This document shows, one piece after another, positions 1 through 9,886 of a DNA stretch of 64,000 bases. The position numbers and the translations under genes were made by a program. The stretch lies in sequence record NC_048731.1; one strand, 5' to 3'. Under the pieces are notes generated by a model. That model worked only from the letters and a program-made list of their open reading frames with translations. It ran no database searches and was not told the origin of the DNA. Every line of letters begins with the position of its first letter. The stretch's first letter is position 1. The stretch comes from Escherichia phage fp01.

Positions 1-827
1 TCCTCATCTGTTGTCTCAATCCAGATCATGACGATAAACACCCAAGTTTGCGTATTGATCCTGAAACAGGTATTATGCACTGCTTGAGTTGTGGCTTCGG
101 TAAAGGTATACCGAGCATTTACCATTATTTTAATGAGACTCAGTACCGACAGTCTCCAAGACTATCGCAGGTACGTAAAAAGATTTCAGAGATTAGGAAT
201 GGATCTACGAATCTTGCAATTCCTGAATCTGCTTACCTTTTCGAAGGTGATTTCCGAGGTATAAGTTCTAAGACCTTGAAGAAATATTTTGCTTTCCAAC
301 ACCAAGCAGACTGGGAAGGCAGAATTGTATTCCCAATCACAGATGCTGTTGGACGCAATATCCTATTTTTGGGTCGTTCTATAAACAGTTCTGCCCCTCC
401 TAAATACTTAGTAAAACCAAAACAAGTTTCACCACCGATTTTCCCTGTACGATATAATACTCCAGTTCTTATTCTAGTTGAAGGTATCTTTGATATGCTG
501 AACCTAGAGGATAATGGTATAGACTATGCTTCTTGCTGCTTTGGCACACATCAGTTCACCTCAGATAACATTGCAGATAAGTTCAGTCCTTATATTATTG
601 CTGGTGTTAAAGTTGTTGTTATCTTACTAGATAATGATGCTTCTGGTAATAAGGCTGCACAAGCATTGGCCAAATTAATTCGTACAAAAACGCGTTTAAC
701 ACCTGTAGTTGCTAACTTTCTTCTACCAGAAGGCAAAGATCCAGGTGACTTAAACAAAGATGAAATTGATATGTTAGCAAAACGTATTGAAATTTTAGTT
801 GCTGAATCGCTTAAAGATTTGGTATAA
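1..827 (+). CDS. DNA primase, C-terminal part (5' end lies upstream of the window)
   Basis: Frame is open from nt 3; CHC2-type zinc-finger motif 'HDDKHPSLRID...HCLSCG' and TOPRIM-like acidic motifs 'VEGIFD', 'LLDNDASGNKAA', 'KDPGD'. The TTG at 48 in the ORF track is not the real start. Confidence 0.6.
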   Translation, partial: LICCLNPDHDDKHPSLRIDPETGIMHCLSCGFGKGIPSIYHYFNETQYRQSPRLSQVRKKISEIRNGSTNLAIPESAYLFEGDFRGISSKTLKKYFAFQHQADWEGRIVFPITDAVGRNILFLGRSINSSAPPKYLVKPKQVSPPIFPVRYNTPVLILVEGIFDMLNLEDNGIDYASCCFGTHQFTSDNIADKFSPYIIAGVKVVVILLDNDASGNKAAQALAKLIRTKTRLTPVVANFLLPEGKDPGDLNKDEIDMLAKRIEILVAESLKDLV

Positions 828-828
828 T
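799..828 (+). promoter_or_regulatory. sigma70-type promoter upstream of DNA polymerase gene
   Basis: 'TTGCTG' + 18 nt + 'TATAAT' followed by AT-rich 'ATATATTGG', same style as other early promoters in the window. Confidence 0.4.
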
Positions 829-889
829 ATATTGGTAAGTTAGAGAAGAAACACTGAAGTTATACTTACTTACCAAGAGGAGATTAAAT

Positions 890-3457
890 TTGAAAATCGC
901 AGTAGTTGATAAAGCTCTAAATAACACTCGTTACGATAAACATTTCCAGCTATACGGCGAGGAAGTTGATGTATTCCATATGTGTAACGAGAAGTTATCT
1001 GGTCGTTTGCTTAAAAAGCACATTACTATTGGAACACCAGAAAACCCATTTGATCCGAATGATTATGATTTTGTTATACTAGTAGGTGCTGAACCTTTCC
1101 TGTATTTCGCAGGTAAGAAAGGCATTGGTGACTATACTGGTAAACGTGTAGAGTATAATGGATATGCTAACTGGATTGCGAGTATCAGCCCAGCCCAGTT
1201 ACACTTTAAGCCTGAAATGAAACCAGTTTTCGATGCAACAGTAGAAAATATCCACGATATTATCAATGGTCGTGAGAAGATTGCAAAAGCTGGTGATTAC
1301 CGTCCTATTACTGACCCTGATGAGGCGGAAGAATATATCAAGATGGTGTATAATATGGTTATCGGACCTGTCGCATTCGACTCCGAAACCTCAGCACTAT
1401 ACTGTCGAGATGGTTATCTGCTAGGTGTTTCTATATCTCACCAAGAGTATCAGGGTGTATATATCGATTCTGATTGTCTCACAGAGGTTGCAGTATATTA
1501 TCTCCAGAAAATTCTGGATAGTGAAAACCACACTATTGTTTTTCACAACTTGAAGTTTGATATGCACTTTTATAAGTACCATCTGGGACTTACTTTTGAT
1601 AAAGCACATAAAGAACGCAGGCTCCATGATACTATGTTGCAGCATTATGTTCTAGATGAGCGTCGTGGTACTCATGGCTTGAAATCTCTAGCAATGAAGT
1701 ATACCGATATGGGTGACTATGACTTTGAACTAGATAAGTTCAAGGAGGATTACTGCAAAGCACATAAAATCAAGAAAGAAGATTTCACCTATGATTTAAT
1801 TCCGTTTGATATTATGTGGCCTTACGCTGCGAAAGATACTGATGCCACCCTACGTTTGCACAACTTCTTCTTACCAAAAATTGAGAAGAATGAAAAACTT
1901 TGCAGCCTGTATTATGATGTCCTAATGCCTGGTTGTGTATTTCTCCAGCGTGTTGAGGATCGTGGTGTACCTATTTCTATTGATCGTTTAAAAGAAGCAC
2001 AGTACCAGTTAACCCATAATCTGAATAAAGCTCGTGAGAAGCTGTATACTTATCCAGAAGTAGTTCAGCTAGAGAAAGATCAGAATGAAGCGTTTAACCC
2101 AAACTCTGTTAAACAACTCCGTGTTCTTCTGTTTGACTATGTTGGCTTAACTCCAACAGGTAAATTGACGGATACTGGAGCAGACTCTACAGATGCAGAA
2201 GCTCTGAACGAATTGTCTACGCAGCATCCAATTGCTAAGACTCTACTAGAGATTCGTAAGCTGACTAAGCTGATCTCTACTTACGTTGAGAAAATTCTTC
2301 TGAGTATTGATGCAGATGGTTGCATTCGTACTGGCTTCCACGAACACATGACTACTTCTGGTCGCCTGAGTTCTTCTGGTAAACTGAACCTGCAACAGTT
2401 ACCTCGTGATGAATCTATTATCAAGGGCTGTGTAGTAGCTCCTCCCGGGTATCGTGTAATCGCATGGGACTTAACAACTGCGGAAGTTTATTATGCTGCT
2501 GTTCTATCTGGCGATAGAAATATGCAACAAGTATTTATCAACATGAGAAATGAACCAGATAAATACCCGGACTTCCACTCTAACATCGCACACATGGTAT
2601 TTAAGCTCCAATGCGAACCTCGTGATGTTAAAAAGTTATTCCCAGCTCTGCGTCAAGCAGCTAAAGCAATCACCTTTGGTATTCTATATGGTTCTGGCCC
2701 AGCTAAAGTAGCTCATTCTGTTAACGAAGCTCTTCTGGAGCAGGCTGCTAAGACAGGCGAACCGTTTGTAGAATGTACGGTTGCAGATGCTAAAGAGTAT
2801 ATCGAAACTTACTTCGGTCAGTTCCCGCAGCTTAAGCGTTGGATTGATAAGTGCCACGATCAGATCAAGAATCATGGATTTATCTATAGTCACTTTGGTC
2901 GTAAGCGTCGTCTGCACAATATCCACTCCGAAGACCGTGGTGTTCAGGGTGAGGAAATCCGTTCTGGATTTAACGCAATCATTCAGTCTGCTTCTTCTGA
3001 TAGTCTCCTTTTAGGTGCTGTAGATGCAGATAATGAGATCATTTCTCTTGGCCTAGAACAAGAGATGAAGATTGTTATGCTGGTTCATGACTCCGTAGTT
3101 GCTATTGTTCGTGAGGATTTGATCGACCAATACAATGAAATCCTGATTCGTAATATTCAGAAAGACCGTGGTATCAGTATTCCTGGCTGTCCGATTGGTA
3201 TTGATTCAGATTCTGAAGCTGGAGGTTCTCGTGACTACTCTTGTGGTAAGATGAAGAAGCAGCATCCATCAATCGCTTGTATTGATGATGATGAATATAC
3301 CCGCTATGTCAAAAGTGTGTTACTTGATGCAGATTTCGAGTATAAGAAACTAGCTGCAATGGATAAAGAGCATCCAGATCACAGCAAATACAAGGATGAT
3401 AAGTTTATTGCTGTATGTAAAGATTTGGATAACGTGAGAAGGATTCTCGGTGCTTGA
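890..3457 (+). CDS. DNA polymerase, family A with 3'-5' exonuclease domain (T5 DNA polymerase-like, 855 aa)
   Basis: Exo motif 'VAFDSETS'; Pol I motif B 'RQAAKAITFGILYGSG'; motif C 'LVHDSVV'. Apparent TTG start preceded by 'AGGAG'. Size matches T5 DNA polymerase as I recall it. Confidence 0.85.
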   Translation: MKIAVVDKALNNTRYDKHFQLYGEEVDVFHMCNEKLSGRLLKKHITIGTPENPFDPNDYDFVILVGAEPFLYFAGKKGIGDYTGKRVEYNGYANWIASISPAQLHFKPEMKPVFDATVENIHDIINGREKIAKAGDYRPITDPDEAEEYIKMVYNMVIGPVAFDSETSALYCRDGYLLGVSISHQEYQGVYIDSDCLTEVAVYYLQKILDSENHTIVFHNLKFDMHFYKYHLGLTFDKAHKERRLHDTMLQHYVLDERRGTHGLKSLAMKYTDMGDYDFELDKFKEDYCKAHKIKKEDFTYDLIPFDIMWPYAAKDTDATLRLHNFFLPKIEKNEKLCSLYYDVLMPGCVFLQRVEDRGVPISIDRLKEAQYQLTHNLNKAREKLYTYPEVVQLEKDQNEAFNPNSVKQLRVLLFDYVGLTPTGKLTDTGADSTDAEALNELSTQHPIAKTLLEIRKLTKLISTYVEKILLSIDADGCIRTGFHEHMTTSGRLSSSGKLNLQQLPRDESIIKGCVVAPPGYRVIAWDLTTAEVYYAAVLSGDRNMQQVFINMRNEPDKYPDFHSNIAHMVFKLQCEPRDVKKLFPALRQAAKAITFGILYGSGPAKVAHSVNEALLEQAAKTGEPFVECTVADAKEYIETYFGQFPQLKRWIDKCHDQIKNHGFIYSHFGRKRRLHNIHSEDRGVQGEEIRSGFNAIIQSASSDSLLLGAVDADNEIISLGLEQEMKIVMLVHDSVVAIVREDLIDQYNEILIRNIQKDRGISIPGCPIGIDSDSEAGGSRDYSCGKMKKQHPSIACIDDDEYTRYVKSVLLDADFEYKKLAAMDKEHPDHSKYKDDKFIAVCKDLDNVRRILGA

Positions 3458-3947
3458 TTTCAAATTGCCCGTATATGCTTTACGGGCGTTTGTATCAATT
3501 GAGCAAGAGGGTGATTATTCCGTAATTACAACAAGGTATAATAAATATGTGCTAGATAACAGGAAGTTGCCTGGCACGTTTTCTCAACGTAGGCTTATTC
3601 TATTTGAGAAACGGAAAGAATTACCCTACAAGCTCTACCCTATTAGAGGTAGAATATCAATGTTGTCTCAATTAGTTGGGTCAAAGCGTAGCCAATTTAT
3701 AGATTCTGATGGAAATCTTATTAACTGGAAGAAAACTACATTCTATGATGTTGTCACCTCTAAAGTTTTGCATTCAGCTAGAATTTATAATGGAAAATAC
3801 CAATGCTATGTAGCTAAAGTTCCATACCCATTTGTATTATCCTATGTTCCAGCTTATATAAGCTATATTCTGGTAAATAATAGCCCTGTTATTTACCAAG
3901 TCCATCAAGAGGAGCCTGAAATTCCTAGACTTAGAATAAAATTATGA
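3450..3947 (+). CDS. hypothetical protein (start uncertain; possible internal ATG near 3660)
   Basis: Open frame between polymerase and helicase genes; no recognisable motif. Confidence 0.3.
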   Translation: MLDFKLPVYALRAFVSIEQEGDYSVITTRYNKYVLDNRKLPGTFSQRRLILFEKRKELPYKLYPIRGRISMLSQLVGSKRSQFIDSDGNLINWKKTTFYDVVTSKVLHSARIYNGKYQCYVAKVPYPFVLSYVPAYISYILVNNSPVIYQVHQEEPEIPRLRIKL

Positions 3948-5296
3948 AAGTTGTTATATCTAATAAAGCCTATTTCAAGCCCGATGATGAACTTTGGGAT
4001 TATTGTAGTAAGCAAACCACTTATCACATAGAGACAATGACTAGTAAATACCCTATTATGTATAAGAATAGTGGTGTTGTTGCCAAAGAGATTAAGTGGA
4101 TTCCTATCACTCGTCTAGATTTATTAGATGCTAAAGGAGTAAAATACGAATTAGTCGATAAACGCACATTAGCTCCGGCAGATATACCAAAACCTAAGTT
4201 CAAGCTGCGTGAAGAAGATCAGCTTCCAATATACGAAGAATGCGATGATACCTGTATTATTAATGGTAAGCCTGGATTTGGTAAAACTATCCTAGCCCTT
4301 GCACTTGCGTATAAATTTGGCCAAAAAACTCTGGTAATATGTACGAATACATCCATTCGTGAGATGTGGGCAGCAGAAGTTCGTAAATGGTTTGGGTTTG
4401 AACCGGGTATCATAGGTTCTGGGAAATACAATATTGATCCACCAATTGTAGTCAGTAATATTCAAACAGTGAATAAACATGCGAATAATCTTTCTAAAGT
4501 ATTCGGTACTGTTATAGTTGATGAAGTTCACCATTGTGTGGCTACAACTTTCACTAACTTCCTAGAAATATCATGTGCTCGCTATAAGATTGGACTATCC
4601 GGTACATTAAAAAGAAAAGATGGTCTACAAGTTATGTTCAAAGATTTCTTTGGATATAAGATTTTTAGCCCACCGGTTAATAATACTGTTGCACCTACAA
4701 TCCATAGGTACTCTGTACCTGTTGAGTTATCAGGAAATCAGAATGTGCCATGGGCATTACGTGCTAATGATGTGTACAATCATCCTGAGTATCGAGAAAC
4801 TATTATAAACCTAGCACATTTATATGTGAATATGGGGCATAAAGTACTCATTGTAAGCGATAGAACAGAGTTAATCCAAACAGTACTAGAAGCTCTTGCA
4901 CAGCGTGGTGTTACAACTTATGAAATTATAGGGGCAACCCACTTAGATGACCGATTAAAAATCCAGGAAGATATAGCAAAAGGTGGACCTTGTGTACTTG
5001 CAGCAGCTCAGAGTATCTTCTCTGAAGGTATTTCCCTTAATGAGCTATCTTGTTTAATAATGGGAAGTCTTATTAATAATGAATCTCTCATTGAACAGCT
5101 TGCAGGACGTGTTCAACGTATTGTCGATGGTAAACTCGACCCTATTGTTGTAGATCTAATCATGAAAGGTGGTACTGGGCTAAGACAGGCTTCTGGACGT
5201 ATGGCAGTATATCGTAACAACGGGTGGAAAACTATTACCACGACTCCGGAGAAAGCAGTTCAATTAGCTAAAATTGCATTTGGCAACAGCTCATAA
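3944..5296 (+). CDS. SF2 DNA helicase (T5 D10-like)
   Basis: Walker A 'NGKPGFGKT', Walker B/DEAH-like 'VDEVHH', later 'SGT' and Q/R-rich helicase motifs; ATG at 3944 overlaps the upstream stop. Confidence 0.7.
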   Translation: MKVVISNKAYFKPDDELWDYCSKQTTYHIETMTSKYPIMYKNSGVVAKEIKWIPITRLDLLDAKGVKYELVDKRTLAPADIPKPKFKLREEDQLPIYEECDDTCIINGKPGFGKTILALALAYKFGQKTLVICTNTSIREMWAAEVRKWFGFEPGIIGSGKYNIDPPIVVSNIQTVNKHANNLSKVFGTVIVDEVHHCVATTFTNFLEISCARYKIGLSGTLKRKDGLQVMFKDFFGYKIFSPPVNNTVAPTIHRYSVPVELSGNQNVPWALRANDVYNHPEYRETIINLAHLYVNMGHKVLIVSDRTELIQTVLEALAQRGVTTYEIIGATHLDDRLKIQEDIAKGGPCVLAAAQSIFSEGISLNELSCLIMGSLINNESLIEQLAGRVQRIVDGKLDPIVVDLIMKGGTGLRQASGRMAVYRNNGWKTITTTPEKAVQLAKIAFGNSS

Positions 5297-5308
5297 ATGA
5301 TGTATAAT
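5280..5308 (+). promoter_or_regulatory. sigma70 promoter (T5 early type)
   Basis: 'TTGGCA' + 17 nt + 'TATAAT', followed by 'ATATACATAAATTTGAGAGAG', which resembles the downstream region of the classical T5 PN25 promoter as I recall it. Confidence 0.45.
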
Positions 5309-5379
5309 ATATACATAAATTTGAGAGAGAAAGTTTCGGATTGATAAGAAAGTCCGAAGCAGAAAAATAAAAATTTTAG

Positions 5380-5409
5380 TTGCTAAATTCTCTCGAAATC
5401 TAGTATAAT
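5380..5409 (+). promoter_or_regulatory. sigma70 promoter (T5 early type), tandem copy
   Basis: 'TTGCTA' + 18 nt + 'TATAAT' followed by 'ATATACATAAATTCGAGGAG'; near-duplicate of the promoter at 5280-5308. Confidence 0.45.
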
Positions 5410-5793
5410 ATATACATAAATTCGAGGAGAAAACAAAAATTAAATTCTTCGATTATGAAAAGCTATACTTACTAGCTAGAGGAAATTCCGACCTAATTAT
5501 TAAGCTATTCAAAAGAATGCTTACAGAGCCTGATGCTCACCAACTATTGGTCGGTTCCTCATTCATTTTGAATGAATCAACTATTGTTGATAATCCAAAT
5601 AAATTGTCTAATAGACAACTGGCAGAATATCTAGGAATTTTAAGTCTACGAAATTATGCCGAATACAAGTTTACAAACGATCCTAGTTTGGACATGCAAT
5701 ATGTTCCAGTATGGATACCACGTTTAGTAATCGACACTAACCCACTAATCGCAATTAACAAATCGAAATTAATCTTTAAAGAGGAAATAAAAT

Positions 5794-6567
5794 ATGGCTA
5801 AGTCTTGGGGCGAAACTACTGGCGGTTCTAACGATAAAATCGAATTCCTGAAGTTCAACAACGGTATCACTCGTGTTCGTATCGTTTCTGGTGTTCTTCC
5901 ACGTTATGTCTATTGGCTGACTAATAAAGAGGGTAACGTAGCTCCTTTTGAATGTCTCCGTTTTAACCGTGACAAAGAGAGCTTTGTTCGTGGTAAAGCT
6001 GATCCAGTTCATGAGATGGGCTTCTTCGAGAAAGAGCTGGATAAAGATGGTAATCGTGTTCCGCTGAAACCGAAGAAAAACTATATCGCTTTTGTTATTG
6101 ACCGTTCTGATAACAAACTGAAAGTAATGGAAGTCAAGGCTACTATTCTGAAAGGCATCCAGTCTATCATGAAGCAGCTGAGCCTGGCAACTCCGTTTGA
6201 TATTGATATTTCTATCGAGAAAAAAGGTAAAGGTTTCGATACTGAGTATGATGTACAGCAGATTGCTGCTATGCAGTTCCAGATTAAGCTGCAAGATCCT
6301 AACAGTGCGGAATCTAAGCAATATGCTGCGGATGTCGATCTGATCGGTGAAGCTATGTGTGATGAAGATGGCGACATCATTAAGTTCGAAAAAGTTCCTT
6401 CTCTGGAACAAACCTATCCGGTTCCTACCTATGAAGAGCAGAAAGAAGCAATTCAAGCCTTCATGGAGGGTCGTGAGAATAAAGATGATGATGCCAAATC
6501 TGGTAATAGCAATGCAGGCTCCCAGAAAGGTATTGACTCAGAAGCTGCAAGCGATCTGGACGACTAA
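5794..6567 (+). CDS. abundant early protein with acidic C-terminal tail, possibly ssDNA-binding protein
   Basis: Strong RBS 'AAAGAGGAAATAAAATATG'; codon usage visibly biased toward major E. coli codons; C-terminus 'DSEAASDLDD' is SSB-like; followed by a strong terminator. Function is inference. Confidence 0.55.
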   Translation: MAKSWGETTGGSNDKIEFLKFNNGITRVRIVSGVLPRYVYWLTNKEGNVAPFECLRFNRDKESFVRGKADPVHEMGFFEKELDKDGNRVPLKPKKNYIAFVIDRSDNKLKVMEVKATILKGIQSIMKQLSLATPFDIDISIEKKGKGFDTEYDVQQIAAMQFQIKLQDPNSAESKQYAADVDLIGEAMCDEDGDIIKFEKVPSLEQTYPVPTYEEQKEAIQAFMEGRENKDDDAKSGNSNAGSQKGIDSEAASDLDD

Positions 6568-6574
6568 TAAATAG

Positions 6575-6598
6575 AGGGGCTTCGGCCCCTTTCTTTTT
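6575..6598 (+). terminator. rho-independent terminator
   Basis: Hairpin 'AGGGGC-TTCG-GCCCCT' (UUCG tetraloop) followed by 'TTCTTTTT'. Confidence 0.7.
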
Positions 6599-6603
6599 AA
6601 CCA

Positions 6604-7581
6604 ATGAGAATATTATTTAGTGCTGATCATCATATCAAACTAGGACAAGATAAAGTTCCAAAGGAATGGCAGAAGCGTCGCTTCCTGATGCTAGGAGAAC
6701 GGTTAAATGATATATTCCATAATCATAACTGTGATCTTCATATTGCTGGTGGTGATATACTTGATGTTGCCGACCCGTCGTCAGAAGAAATAGAACTGCT
6801 TGAACAGTTCATGTCAAGACTTGACCATCCAGGCAAAATCTTTACTGGAAATCATGAAATGTTAACTAAAACCATTTCATGTCTATATCATTATGCAGGA
6901 GTTATTAATAAAGTAACGAGCGGGAAGTGGGAAGTAATTACCAAACCATATCGTTCCCCTGAATTTGATATTGTTCCATATGACGAAATCCATAAATCTA
7001 AGTGGAAACCATCTGAATCAAAACTATGTTTCACGCATGTTCGTGGTGAAATCCCTCCACATGTAAAACCAGAAATTGATCTAACTAAGTATAACTGTTA
7101 TGATACTGTAATTGCTGGCGATTTACATTCTTATACTAATAGCCAGACTATCGGATCTACTAGACTTCTCTACCCAGGGTCTCCATTAACTACATCGTTC
7201 CATAGAGAACGCACAAAAGGTACAAATGGTTGTTTTATCGTTGATACCGACACATTAAAAGTAGAATGGATTGAACTCGGTGATTTACCACAACTGATTC
7301 GTAAAACAATCGGAGCCGGTGAAGAGATGGAACCTAGTGATTATGATCGTGTAGTATATGAAGTTACTGGTGACGTTGTTCAATTAAAGTCAATCAAAGA
7401 CTCTGATTTATTAGATAAGAAGATTAACCATCGAGTTACTAAAGACGCTAAGTTAAATCTTGTCGATCTTGATATGTTAGGTGAACTTGAACTTTACTTC
7501 CGTGAAGTCGAGAAGCTATCTCAAGGCGACATTGATAGAATCTTGGCTAGAGCTGCGAAATATGTCAAAGATTACAATTAA
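6604..7581 (+). CDS. Mre11/SbcD-like metallophosphatase nuclease (T5 D13-like)
   Basis: Calcineurin-like phosphoesterase motifs 'ADHH', 'GGDILD', 'TGNHE'. Confidence 0.75.
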   Translation: MRILFSADHHIKLGQDKVPKEWQKRRFLMLGERLNDIFHNHNCDLHIAGGDILDVADPSSEEIELLEQFMSRLDHPGKIFTGNHEMLTKTISCLYHYAGVINKVTSGKWEVITKPYRSPEFDIVPYDEIHKSKWKPSESKLCFTHVRGEIPPHVKPEIDLTKYNCYDTVIAGDLHSYTNSQTIGSTRLLYPGSPLTTSFHRERTKGTNGCFIVDTDTLKVEWIELGDLPQLIRKTIGAGEEMEPSDYDRVVYEVTGDVVQLKSIKDSDLLDKKINHRVTKDAKLNLVDLDMLGELELYFREVEKLSQGDIDRILARAAKYVKDYN

Positions 7582-9400
7582 GACACTAAAATTTAGTAAC
7601 GTTATGTCTTACGGTAAGGACATCGTAATTCATTTCGATAAGAATCCAGTTACTCAACTAATTGGTGGCAATGGGCTAGGGAAATCCACTATTGCTACTG
7701 TTATTGAAGAATTGTTTTATAACAAGAACTCACGGGGTATTAAGAAGGACGCCCTGTTCTCTTGGTCTACTCCGAAAAAAGAGTATGATATGCACGCTTA
7801 CTTCTCGAAAGATGAAGATGAGTATGAATTGCATAAAGTAGTTAAATCAACTGCTAAAGTAACTCTTATTAAGAATGGAGAAGATATTAGTGGCCACACG
7901 GCAACTCAAACATACAAGATGATTGAAGAGATTATGGGTGGTGACTTCCAAACATTCACCAAACTAATTTATCAATCAGTGGGTTCCAATCTAGACTTTC
8001 TAAAAGCAACAGATGCAACACGTAAGGCTTTTCTTGTCAACTTGTTCAATCAAGAACAGTATAAAGAAATGTCAGAAACTATTAAGGCTGACCGTAAAGA
8101 AATAGCAAATACCTTAAATAATTTGCAGGGCCAAATGGCTGTAATTACGAAGATCCTTAATGGAAAGAATAATCTGGGAACTTTGCAGGAACCTGTAGAA
8201 GTACCGGAGTTTGATGAAGAGCCATTAGCACAAGAACTTACTGAATCGAAAATTAAGGCGGCATTAGCCAAGTCTCAAGAGGCTAATATTACTAAATTGC
8301 GTAATTTGGACAAAGCTGTACAAGTTGCCGAACAATCTTTCGAACCTTTCAAAAATTTGCCCGCGCCTACTGACCAAAACGAAGAGATCTCAAGTGTTAC
8401 GCGTGACCTAACGATTGTGACCTCACGTGCGGGAGAAGTTAAGAAACGTTATCAGAAGTTCAAGCAAGAGGCTTCAAATACTGAATGTCCTACTTGTGGT
8501 ACTCATCTGGATACAACTGCTGCTCAAAAAGCAATGGATATGGCTAGAATAGAATATGACCCTCTGTTCAAAGAGAAGCAATCTCTTGAAGCTAAGCTAG
8601 AACAGTTGAAGAAAGAACAACTTGAGTACGTTGCGTATACTAGAGCAAAGGATGCTTTGGATAAAGCAGTGGCAGCTAGAGACGAGTTCAAAAATTCAAT
8701 GAGTGACGCCTCTTTTGAAGAACTCAATGTGCAAAACCTACAGGTGCAAATCCGACAACTAGAACAGGAAATAGCTGATGGCCGTTCTAAGGTTGCAATT
8801 GCCAAAGAGCATAATGCAAATGTCGAATTAGCCAATGCAAAATATAAAGCGAAACTAGAACAGATTGAGAAAGCTGAGGCAGAAATGTCTGAGATTACTT
8901 CCAAACTGGATGAAGTATCAGAAGCTGTTTCTGATCTAGATATTCTGATTGCTGCATTGAAAAATCTGGTAGGGTATAAACTAGAACATAGCGTGAAAGT
9001 ATTTGAAGAGCTTATCAATAAATACCTTTCCATTATGACTGGCGGTAAGTTCGCACTTGGATTTGAACTTGATGAAACAAAATTACAAGTAGTAATCTTC
9101 AATGATGGAAACCGTACTAGTATGGAGAATTGCTCTACTGGTCAGCAAAGTCGAATCAACCTAGCAACTCTGTTAGCTATTCGAATGCTACTAACATCTA
9201 TTAGTAAAGTTAATATTAATCTTCTATTCCTTGATGAAGTAATTAGCTTTATTGATACGAAAGGACTTGACACCCTTGTTGAATTATTAAATGAGGAAGA
9301 AAGTCTAAATTCTATCATTGTTTCTCATGGGCATACGCATCCATTGGCCCATAAGATTACTGTCAAAAAAGATGCAGAAGGATTTTCCTACTTAGAATAA
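7562..9400 (+). CDS. Rad50/SbcC-like ATPase (T5 D12-like)
   Basis: Walker A 'GGNGLGKST', long coiled coil with zinc-hook-like 'CPTCG', ABC signature 'STGQQSRINLA', Walker B 'LLFLDEV'. Likely start is ATG at 7562 (MSKITIK), not 7481. Confidence 0.75.
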   Translation: MSKITIKTLKFSNVMSYGKDIVIHFDKNPVTQLIGGNGLGKSTIATVIEELFYNKNSRGIKKDALFSWSTPKKEYDMHAYFSKDEDEYELHKVVKSTAKVTLIKNGEDISGHTATQTYKMIEEIMGGDFQTFTKLIYQSVGSNLDFLKATDATRKAFLVNLFNQEQYKEMSETIKADRKEIANTLNNLQGQMAVITKILNGKNNLGTLQEPVEVPEFDEEPLAQELTESKIKAALAKSQEANITKLRNLDKAVQVAEQSFEPFKNLPAPTDQNEEISSVTRDLTIVTSRAGEVKKRYQKFKQEASNTECPTCGTHLDTTAAQKAMDMARIEYDPLFKEKQSLEAKLEQLKKEQLEYVAYTRAKDALDKAVAARDEFKNSMSDASFEELNVQNLQVQIRQLEQEIADGRSKVAIAKEHNANVELANAKYKAKLEQIEKAEAEMSEITSKLDEVSEAVSDLDILIAALKNLVGYKLEHSVKVFEELINKYLSIMTGGKFALGFELDETKLQVVIFNDGNRTSMENCSTGQQSRINLATLLAIRMLLTSISKVNINLLFLDEVISFIDTKGLDTLVELLNEEESLNSIIVSHGHTHPLAHKITVKKDAEGFSYLE

Positions 9401-9403
9401 AAC

Positions 9404-9886
9404 ATGGCTGTAGATAGTAGAGAGAAAGGTAAACGTGGTGAATATCAGGTAAGAGATATTCTACGTGAGCGTACAGGTCTTGAGTGGGAACGTGTTCCTG
9501 GCTCTGGTGCTTTTGGCCAGAGCCACGGACTAAAAGGTGACATCTACCTTCCACCACAAAGCGGACACATTAGTAGATACTGCTTCGAAGTTAAGTGGTA
9601 TAAAGATGATAATATATCAAGTAATTTATTTAATGTTGGTGAATCCACTCTAGAGAAGTGGTGGCAGCAGTGCTCACGTGAAGGTGAGCAAATGAACTCC
9701 AAACCTGCATTAATATTCAAAAAAGACAGAGGACAGTGGTTAATAGCTTTGGATAGCTCAGACCCGATGGTTGACAACTTAATGAGTCGTACCCATATGG
9801 TGTTAAATAAGAAAGACATGGAAATCGTAATTGGTTTATTTGAGCCGTGGCTACATCATGCATCTGTTGAGGACTTAATTAAATAA
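9404..9886 (+). CDS. hypothetical protein, possible PD-(D/E)xK-type nuclease
   Basis: Candidate 'GDIYL...FEVKWYK' D...ExK arrangement; placed between SbcC-like and flap endonuclease genes. Weak. Confidence 0.4.
   Translation: MAVDSREKGKRGEYQVRDILRERTGLEWERVPGSGAFGQSHGLKGDIYLPPQSGHISRYCFEVKWYKDDNISSNLFNVGESTLEKWWQQCSREGEQMNSKPALIFKKDRGQWLIALDSSDPMVDNLMSRTHMVLNKKDMEIVIGLFEPWLHHASVEDLIK

Noticed and set aside
5517-5801. 94-aa ORF between helicase and SSB-like genes
   Set aside because: Begins inside the tandem promoter region with a weak RBS and overlaps the strong leader of the next gene; kept as unresolved rather than annotated.
8524-9102. 192-aa minus-strand ORF (Ser/Cys-rich) and other antisense ORFs such as 5776..6456, 11674..12362, 17223..17600
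   Set aside because: Entirely nested antisense within well-supported genes (SbcC-like, SSB-like, tail fibre, pb4-like), low-complexity translations, no RBS.
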